64,000 bases of DNA. It comes from a virus. Numbering within the stretch: the first letter of the stretch is position 1; each line of letters starts with the position of its first letter. Shown piece after piece: positions 57,411-64,000 of this stretch. The stretch spans positions 1 to 64,000 of the IMG/VR virus record IMGVR_UViG_3300023174_000100; one strand, written 5' to 3'. The translations under genes were made by a program, and so were the position numbers. Under the pieces are notes generated by a model that ran no database searches, was not told where the DNA came from, and saw only the letters and a list, made by a program, of their open reading frames with translations.

Positions 57411-58411
57411 ATATGAACATAGCAATAATATCCGAAATAGGAAATTTTACTAAATATCCTAGAAATTTTGAGAATGCTAGAACAGATGTAGCTTGGTCGA
57501 TTGCTTTAGATGCAGTTAGTGTACCCGCTGATTCTCACTTAATAAAAAAGTATATTGAATCGTTTACGTCTTTTAAAAAGTTTGACCTAGCTATTATAAT
57601 ACCCGGTAAAAATAAACCATATTTAGAAATTAATTTTATTAGAGAATATTTTGCTGATAAAGTTACTATGATGCAGGAAGGTCCAAACTGGTATTGGCAA
57701 GATTATGATATAAAAGGTCAGTTTAATTTTTATAACGCATTAAGAGAGTGCGACTTTATTCTTTGTCATAATTCAGCAGATAAAAAATACTATAAGGGAA
57801 TAACTAATCTAGAGTGTTTAGTAATGCCTTCTCTTATGATTGAAGATACCATAAAAAACGTAGTTCCAAAAAGAAGAGATGCTGAAGGTATTGTCATAGG
57901 AGGTAATTTTTGTTCTTGGTATGGAGGTATGGATTCGTTTATAGTTTCTGCGTCATCAAGAAAAGAATGGTCTACGGGAGATAATTTAATACCTATCTTT
58001 GCTCCTTCTATGGGTCGAAAAAAAGAAGATGAGGACTACATTCCCGACATTACACATTTGCCTTATTGCTCTTGGATGGAGTGGATTAATCAATTAGCAT
58101 CTAAAGCTAAAATAGGCGTACATTTAATGCGAACGCATGCAGCAGGTACTTTTGCTTTAAATTGTTCTTTTTTAGGTATTCCTTGTGTTGGTTATGAGGG
58201 ACTTGACACTCAGGATAATCTACATCCGTATACTACAGTTAGACTAGGAAACACATCACAAGCAGTAGATATTATAAAAAAGCTAGCGAATCCAGGTTTT
58301 TATGAAATGTGTTCAGAGGAAACAAAACATTTATATGACTCTCACTATTCTGAATCAGCATTCAAAAACCGTTTCATAAACAAACTTAATAATTTAGTAA
58401 ATGAAAATTAG
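57395..58411 (+). CDS. GT-B glycosyltransferase-like protein
   Basis: AAGTFALNCSFLGIPCVG donor-domain-like motif; located in GT island. Confidence 0.6.
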   Translation: MQSFINMNIAIISEIGNFTKYPRNFENARTDVAWSIALDAVSVPADSHLIKKYIESFTSFKKFDLAIIIPGKNKPYLEINFIREYFADKVTMMQEGPNWYWQDYDIKGQFNFYNALRECDFILCHNSADKKYYKGITNLECLVMPSLMIEDTIKNVVPKRRDAEGIVIGGNFCSWYGGMDSFIVSASSRKEWSTGDNLIPIFAPSMGRKKEDEDYIPDITHLPYCSWMEWINQLASKAKIGVHLMRTHAAGTFALNCSFLGIPCVGYEGLDTQDNLHPYTTVRLGNTSQAVDIIKKLANPGFYEMCSEETKHLYDSHYSESAFKNRFINKLNNLVNEN

Positions 58412-59771
58412 TTTTATTGTACCCGGAAGAAACAACTTAAAATACTTTAAATGGTCTTATGATTCTATTATGAAAAATAAGGGAAATCATGAAGTTGAAA
58501 TTTGCTTTGCCGATGACGCTTCTACTGATGGTACATGGGATTGGGTTTATAGTGAATCTCTAATAAATCCTATGCTAAAAGTCATGCGAAATGAAGGAAA
58601 TACGAGATTGGGACACACTATATTATACGATGCTTTAGTTAGAAGATCTTCTTATGACATATGCATTATATGGCATTGCGACATGTATTTAGCTCCTGGA
58701 GCATTAGACGCTATTGAAAAAAACATGGTAGATAAAAAAACCATTGTCTCACTTACTAGAGTGGAACCTCCTCTACATCCTCCGGGACATGAAAAAATAA
58801 TATCAGATTTAGGAACGGAGCCGGAAACATTCATGGAGAGTAAGTTCATAGAATTAGTTCACAACATGAAAACAAAATCTTCGAAAAAAGACAAAACAAC
58901 AAACGGCGTATTTGCTCCATGGGCTTTTTACAAAGAGGAATTTTTGAAAATTGGAGGTCATGATTCTTTATTTTATGTCCAATCAAAAGAAGATTCTGAC
59001 ATTTGGAATAGATTAATGCTAAATGGAGCAACATTTATACAAACATGGGAAGGATTTGTATATCACATGACATGCAGAGGATCTAGATTCAACCCAACTA
59101 TTACACAAGTTGGTAAAAATTCTGATGAGTGGGAGAAGCAAAACATTATATCTACAAGAAATTTCATTAGAAAATGGGGAGGGATGCCACTTCAAAATGA
59201 ATATCATGCAATTTCTCCAAATAAAAAATATAATATTGGAATCATTGTCGACATGTCTTCTGAAATGAATCAACCAAGCGATGAGGAGTTTATAGATTTT
59301 ATTGGATTCTTAGAAATTTTTTCCGATTCTTTGCATATCGTAGGAGATAAAAAATATAGAGATTTAATTAAGTTTTACATAGATAAAGAACAGGCAAATA
59401 CATTATACTACTTAGCTGACAGACTTTATGGATACAACTATAAATACACTCCTGTAAATCAGATAGTGATAGATGATAGCATAGTTATTAGCATGGAATG
59501 GGATAAGATTAAAGTTAATGAGGTATTTGACTTTCTGCAAAAATTCCCATTTATTATTGAAAATTATAGTCCTGGAATGTATGAAAGTAACATTGGCACA
59601 ATACATATTAAAAATGACAACTCTATTTCAAAAACTTATGAAAATAATTTAATAACAGTAAATAATATCTATCAATTAAGGATATATAAAGAAATTTACC
59701 CGGAATATTTTGATAGATACAGACCTGTTTTAAGCTTTTTAGAAATGGAAAAATTAAATAATATCTTATAA
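58401..59771 (+). CDS. GT2-like glycosyltransferase
   Basis: ISFIVP, DDASTDGT, HCDM, IGGHD, EDSD, VYH motifs. Confidence 0.88.
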   Translation: MKISFIVPGRNNLKYFKWSYDSIMKNKGNHEVEICFADDASTDGTWDWVYSESLINPMLKVMRNEGNTRLGHTILYDALVRRSSYDICIIWHCDMYLAPGALDAIEKNMVDKKTIVSLTRVEPPLHPPGHEKIISDLGTEPETFMESKFIELVHNMKTKSSKKDKTTNGVFAPWAFYKEEFLKIGGHDSLFYVQSKEDSDIWNRLMLNGATFIQTWEGFVYHMTCRGSRFNPTITQVGKNSDEWEKQNIISTRNFIRKWGGMPLQNEYHAISPNKKYNIGIIVDMSSEMNQPSDEEFIDFIGFLEIFSDSLHIVGDKKYRDLIKFYIDKEQANTLYYLADRLYGYNYKYTPVNQIVIDDSIVISMEWDKIKVNEVFDFLQKFPFIIENYSPGMYESNIGTIHIKNDNSISKTYENNLITVNNIYQLRIYKEIYPEYFDRYRPVLSFLEMEKLNNIL

Positions 59772-59779
59772 AAATTATT

Positions 59780-60292
59780 ATGGAAGATCAAAATAAAATA
59801 CCTAAAAAATATCTTAAAGGACTAAAAGATAAAGGTAAAATGGGGTCTAAAGAAGCTATGAAAAAAGAAATTGAAAAGTACAAAGGAAAAGACACGTACA
59901 AAAAAGATTGGGATGCTGATTATAATGATGACGGTAAAAGGATAAAAACTAAACAAGGAGCCGCAACTAGTGCTTTTAAAAAGAGATTTGGAGAAATTAT
60001 TAAAAACAAAATTGTTGAATACATGGATGCAATTTCTCTTGATGAGGACTCTTCTGAAGAAGGTTTGAAAAATAAAGCAGAGAAATCGGATATTCCTCTA
60101 GGTATTTTAAGGCAGGTATATAACAAAGGTAAAGCAGCCTGGAATTCCGGGCACAGACCAGGGGTTAGTCAAGACCAATGGGCTATGGGCAGAGTTAATA
60201 GTTTTATAACTGGAGTTGGAGGAGCTAGAAGCGCAGATGATAAGTTATGGAAACAAGCACAGGCCGCTCGAAAGAAAAAAAAGAAGTCTTAA
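59780..60292 (+). CDS. Basic hypothetical protein (DUF5824-like)
   Basis: IPKKYL; LKNKAEKSDIPLGILRQVYNKGKAAW.SGHRPG.SQ.QWAMGRVNSF. Confidence 0.7.
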   Translation: MEDQNKIPKKYLKGLKDKGKMGSKEAMKKEIEKYKGKDTYKKDWDADYNDDGKRIKTKQGAATSAFKKRFGEIIKNKIVEYMDAISLDEDSSEEGLKNKAEKSDIPLGILRQVYNKGKAAWNSGHRPGVSQDQWAMGRVNSFITGVGGARSADDKLWKQAQAARKKKKKS

Positions 60293-60324
60293 TCATTATT
60301 TATATTTTATAGTTCTCTTTATAC

Positions 60325-60331
60325 TATTTAT
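60325..60331 (+). promoter_or_regulatory. Intergenic TATTTAT motif
   Basis: tacTATTTATata, 13 nt before the ATG at 60344. Confidence 0.45.
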
Positions 60332-60343
60332 ATAAAAAACATT

Positions 60344-61045
60344 ATGCTATATTTTGATAAAGAATATCTATCACAGTATTTAGACACTGGCTTATCTTTG
60401 AAAGTTTTTGTTGACGGCAATGTACTTTCTGTATCTTCTAAAGACGATTTAGGTAAAATTAGAGGGACTGGCTATAATCCCTCAGGTAAACCAACTCCAT
60501 TTGATTATAAAGCTATAACTAAAATTAAGATAGGGTCTACTTCTTATTCTCTTGATATGCTAAATAAATCTGATGCATCAATACCAGATATAGGGAGTAC
60601 AGATGGAGAAGATGCGATGAATAAAGAATCTATTATTTTTATCAAAGAGCATATAATTAAAATACTAGAAGGTAAATATGACCATATAAATTTCACTCCT
60701 CCGGACAGCGTTGCAAAAGCAGCAGAGAGGGGATTAGAAATGAGAAAAAAATCCGGAGGAAAAGGCGGGCTTAATGCAAAACAGGCTAAAAAAGCAGGAG
60801 TTGGATCTGGAGTACAGAGAGCTTCAAACCTAAAAAATAAAAGTAAAATGAGTCCTGAAACAGTCAGGAGAATGAGAAATTTCTTTAGCAGGCACAATAA
60901 AAATATAAAAGTAGACGCCGGTAAAACTCCTGCCCAAGACAGAGGTTATATTGCAGGGTTATTATGGGGAGGAAATGCAGGAAAATCGTGGGCAAATAAA
61001 GTAGTGAGGCAAATGGATGCCGCCGATAAAAAGAGTAAAAAATGA
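60344..61045 (+). CDS. Hypothetical protein with basic C-terminal phage domain
   Basis: PPDSVAKAAERGLE...GVQRA...TVRRMRNFFSRH...IAGLLWGG.AG.SWA. Confidence 0.7.
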   Translation: MLYFDKEYLSQYLDTGLSLKVFVDGNVLSVSSKDDLGKIRGTGYNPSGKPTPFDYKAITKIKIGSTSYSLDMLNKSDASIPDIGSTDGEDAMNKESIIFIKEHIIKILEGKYDHINFTPPDSVAKAAERGLEMRKKSGGKGGLNAKQAKKAGVGSGVQRASNLKNKSKMSPETVRRMRNFFSRHNKNIKVDAGKTPAQDRGYIAGLLWGGNAGKSWANKVVRQMDAADKKSKK

Positions 61046-61656
61046 AATTACCTGAAATAACCAATTTATTCTATGGTATAACCGCTATACTTAGTGCGCT
61101 AGGTATAAGACACATATTTTCCTATTGGATAAATAAAAATAAGCAAAAATCTGTAGATTATAATACTCTACTAGAAAGGCAAGATAAAATTATTGAAGAT
61201 TTAGAGGAAAAACTTCACGAGTTAGAATCTAAGACCGCAACGACTTCTGAAGATAATCTAAAACTAAAACAAGAAATATTTGTTTTAAAAAATGGAATAT
61301 CTTTGTTAGAAAGCTCAGCACTAGATTTGCCTTTGCCTATGTGGTTAAAAAGTTCAGATGGAAAATTACTAGCAACTAATACGGCTTATGTTGATACTTT
61401 TGTAAAGAATTGCACTGAATCAATATCTAATCATTTAGGACAATCTGATAAATGCATATTAGGACAAGAAGCTCATGATACAATCACTAAAAAAGAAAAA
61501 GAAATACTATCTAATGGCTCCGTTATGATTTATAAAGAGTCTGTAAAATTATCAGGTATTGTCACTGATTTCATTTTTATCCTGTTCCCTAGAAAATTAG
61601 GTAAAGTAACCTTAGGAATAACAGGTATTGCAATTAATGAATCCCTAATAAAATAA
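61042..61656 (+). CDS. Membrane-anchored coiled-coil + PAS-domain protein
   Basis: Hydrophobic N-terminus (LFYGITAILSALGI), heptad coiled coil, then LPLPMWLKSSDGKLLATNTAY...LGQSD...GITGIAI (PAS_4-like). Confidence 0.7.
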   Translation: MKLPEITNLFYGITAILSALGIRHIFSYWINKNKQKSVDYNTLLERQDKIIEDLEEKLHELESKTATTSEDNLKLKQEIFVLKNGISLLESSALDLPLPMWLKSSDGKLLATNTAYVDTFVKNCTESISNHLGQSDKCILGQEAHDTITKKEKEILSNGSVMIYKESVKLSGIVTDFIFILFPRKLGKVTLGITGIAINESLIK

Positions 61657-61657
61657 T

Positions 61658-62392
61658 ATGGCCGATTCTGATTTAAAACAAAATGATAAGGATTTAAAAA
61701 CACTTTCTACAGCCGAGCTAGATCAGAGAGTAAAGAAGCAAGGTATGAAATTTGAGTTTGCAGATTCTAAAAGAGCTGCTAAATCAATTTTAACTTTGAA
61801 AAGATCAGACTTACCTAGAGGATATAAATCTAAAGTAGCACAAGGTATTTTAAACCGTATTGATAGTGCCTTAAGTAGAACAAAAGATAAAATAAAAATA
61901 TTCAACATAAAAAAGGCAAAAGCACTATGGGAGAAATTTTTTGATACTTTTACAGAAGAAGAAGATACAACAAAAAATCAAACAGAGCCGGAAGAAGAAG
62001 ACAAAACTAAAGTAAAAGATTTAGGAGCTCAAGGAGCAGATACAACTCTAGAAGAAAGTGGCTATCAAATTGTAAGAAACGACTCAGGAGATAGTGGAGT
62101 TATAGTGAGACTGCTTAAAGATAACGAATTTTCAATAGGATATTTTACCGAAGACCCATCAGAGCTATCACCTGCAAAGTTAAAAATAAACGGAAGAGAA
62201 CTTAAAAATCCTGTTATGACTTTGCATATAAGCGAATTTATTGAAGAAGAAGTGGAACCAGTAGAAGAGCCTAAAAATAAATCTAGTGACACAAAAAATA
62301 ACAAAGATAAAGAAGAGCCCAAAAAACAAGAAATAACACCTAAAAAACAAATAGCACCTCAAAAATCTAAAGAAGATGGCTCAGATACGTGA
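61658..62392 (+). CDS. Hypothetical highly charged protein
   Basis: 244-aa ORF in a tightly packed operon. Confidence 0.6.
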   Translation: MADSDLKQNDKDLKTLSTAELDQRVKKQGMKFEFADSKRAAKSILTLKRSDLPRGYKSKVAQGILNRIDSALSRTKDKIKIFNIKKAKALWEKFFDTFTEEEDTTKNQTEPEEEDKTKVKDLGAQGADTTLEESGYQIVRNDSGDSGVIVRLLKDNEFSIGYFTEDPSELSPAKLKINGRELKNPVMTLHISEFIEEEVEPVEEPKNKSSDTKNNKDKEEPKKQEITPKKQIAPQKSKEDGSDT

Positions 62393-62585
62393 TTATGAAG
62401 ATGCAGCAATGAATTTAATATATGATATCACATCAAAAAATAATTTCTCTAATTGGTCGGAGAAAGCTACTAAAAAACAAAAAATAGACATATCTGAAAA
62501 AATGTTATCCTACTTTGAAAAAACTAATGATTTTACTAAATGTATTGTAATTAAAAATGCTCTAAAAAAAATGAAACATGTATAA
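62376..62585 (+). CDS. Small hypothetical protein (UVR-like helical hairpin)
   Basis: MLSYFEKTNDFTKCIVIK resembles the UVR-type L..F...E.YE.CA.I pattern. Confidence 0.45.
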   Translation: MAQIRDYEDAAMNLIYDITSKNNFSNWSEKATKKQKIDISEKMLSYFEKTNDFTKCIVIKNALKKMKHV

Positions 62586-62991
62586 ATTAAAGTGGATTTT
62601 ATCATTAGAAAAAGTTTTCATGTATTTAGTAGATCCTAATACAAATTCTTTATTATCATCAAAAGAATATGATAATTTCATGGATGCTATAGATGATATT
62701 CCTAATGATATATCCAATGTTACATTACCTGATGAATGGATAAAAAAAGATGATGAATTCAAATACAAGATAACAGTTTTTGAATGCGGTTATGATTATG
62801 AATACTACGTAAAAAGTTTTTATAATTTTTTAGGTATAACTTCTACACAAGCTGAGCAATTAGCTACTATATTATATAAAAATAAGAAAGTAGATTTTAA
62901 AACAATTGTCGATGCTGATTTAGCCTACGAGTTATGCGAAGAACTTTTATTAGATAAATTAAATTTTGAATTAATCGTAACTAATATATAA
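62578..62991 (+). CDS. Divergent ClpS-like adaptor
   Basis: C-terminal YEYYVKSF...TQAEQLATILYKNKKVDFKT...CEELL..KLNFEL resembles Bacteroidota ClpS. Confidence 0.5.
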   Translation: MYKLKWILSLEKVFMYLVDPNTNSLLSSKEYDNFMDAIDDIPNDISNVTLPDEWIKKDDEFKYKITVFECGYDYEYYVKSFYNFLGITSTQAEQLATILYKNKKVDFKTIVDADLAYELCEELLLDKLNFELIVTNI

Positions 62992-63515
62992 TGGGCCTGT
63001 TTCAAAGAAAATCTTTTAATCCTAGCGGAAGACCTCAAATTAATCTTAGTGAGTCCGAAGTTAGATATGCAATAGAAAACACAAGGTCATCTGCGCAAGC
63101 AGCAAAGTTCTTAAGAGTATCTCCTGCAACATTTAAAAAATATGCATCAATATACAAAAATCCTGAAAATGGATTAACTTGGTACGAGATTTCTAATAAT
63201 AAAAAAGGTGTAGGTATTGTTAGATCTCCTAAAGCATCAGATTTTTTTAGTGATTTGAAAGAAGTATTAGAGGGAAAAAAAATATCTCGTAATAAAACTT
63301 ACTTCAAGAAAAGACTCTTTATGTCCGGACTAGTAAAAGAAAAATGCTGTCTTTGTGGATTTGAAGAAAAACGGTTGTCGGATGATACTAGCGCTTTATT
63401 ACTTGATTATAAAGATGGAAATAGCGACAATCAAAAAATAGATAATATAAGAGTTCTATGCTATAACTGTTATTATATAAATGTAGGAAATTTAATAGGA
63501 CCCAAAAACTTTTAA
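62991..63515 (+). CDS. HTH + degenerate HNH protein
   Basis: SSAQAAKFLRVSPATFKKY (HTH); CCLCG...LLDYKDGNSDNQKIDNIRVLCYNC (HNH with catalytic His replaced by Tyr). Confidence 0.7.
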   Translation: MGLFQRKSFNPSGRPQINLSESEVRYAIENTRSSAQAAKFLRVSPATFKKYASIYKNPENGLTWYEISNNKKGVGIVRSPKASDFFSDLKEVLEGKKISRNKTYFKKRLFMSGLVKEKCCLCGFEEKRLSDDTSALLLDYKDGNSDNQKIDNIRVLCYNCYYINVGNLIGPKNF

Positions 63516-63517
63516 TT

Positions 63518-63754
63518 ATGATTTCATTAGAATGGAGCGAAAGTATTTTATACAATTCAGCTGAAAATACAGAAGATTACAAAACTTATTACAACGAATA
63601 TTTGTTTAATATTTACTTGAATAACAGGAGTGAATTCCCGAGAAAAAGAGAGAAACTAGAAAAATATCTTATCTCCAATAAAATTAATCCAGATTTTTCC
63701 GAAGTTCAAGAAAGAATAGATAAATTTTTAGAAAACTACGAAGTTTTAAAATGA
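63518..63754 (+). CDS. Hypothetical protein
   Basis: 78-aa ORF in a tightly packed operon. Confidence 0.5.
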   Translation: MISLEWSESILYNSAENTEDYKTYYNEYLFNIYLNNRSEFPRKREKLEKYLISNKINPDFSEVQERIDKFLENYEVLK

Positions 63755-63948
63755 GCGAAAAAAAAGAAAATTTATTAGACCATTTGTATTTAGAACTGGG
63801 TCGTTTAGAATATGATATTATATATATAACAAGTATTTTAGAAGAGTCTAAAAGAAAAAAAACTGGAGTAGTATCTGCTATACAGGACTATCTTATAAAA
63901 AATACAGAAAATTTAAAAACAGAAGAAAATGAAACAGATTTGGGTTAA
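63751..63948 (+). CDS. Hypothetical protein
   Basis: 65-aa ORF with ATGA overlap. Confidence 0.5.
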   Translation: MSEKKENLLDHLYLELGRLEYDIIYITSILEESKRKKTGVVSAIQDYLIKNTENLKTEENETDLG

Positions 63949-64000
63949 AAGACAGGATGTAGAAAAAGTAAATAATGACATTACTGTAACAGATTGCATA
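63929..64000 (+). CDS. Partial ORF running off the window end
   Basis: ATG at 63929 gives MKQIWVKRQDVEKVNNDITVTDCI with no stop. Confidence 0.4.
   Translation, partial: MKQIWVKRQDVEKVNNDITVTDCI

Noticed and set aside
1744-62768. The many minus-strand and nested alternative-frame ORFs in the track
   Set aside because: All lie within well-supported + strand genes and show no recognisable motifs.
1-64000. Stop-codon reassignment (alternative genetic code)
   Set aside because: Core genes are full length under the standard code and TAA, TAG and TGA all terminate genes at expected positions.

Overview
The window is a 64-kb segment of a large, AT-rich (roughly 30% GC by eye), T4-like contractile-tailed phage genome. 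Every credible gene is on the + strand. Gene order: the 3' part of a collagen-like fibre gene with an S74 chaperone; terminase, portal, prohead protease, scaffold and major capsid protein; PhoH; a GT4-GT25-lysyl-hydroxylase fusion; neck, sheath, three tail-tube paralogues, a gp26/gp51-like pair, tape measure and baseplate; a replication block (short PolA-like protein, SSB, RecA, 5'-3' exonuclease, DnaB, NrdB/NrdA, full-length PolA, Cas4-like nuclease); a ~15-kb glycosyltransferase/methyltransferase island; and small accessory genes (TM-PAS, ClpS-like, HNH). A-rich starts without Shine-Dalgarno motifs and the ClpS type suggest a Bacteroidota host (inference). The best candidate for a new system is phage-encoded collagen/virion-protein modification: a Thr/Lys-containing collagen fibre, a single polypeptide joining PLOD-type lysyl hydroxylase, COLGALT-type GT25 and GT4 domains, and a plant HPAT/SERGT-like protein O-glycosyltransferase. 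Other notable signals are a candidate +1/-2 frameshift joining gp26- and gp51-like ORFs upstream of the tape measure gene, a recurring intergenic TATTTAT motif, genome-wide CCGG excess, and two family-A polymerases. All family assignments come from motif recognition by eye; no searches were run.
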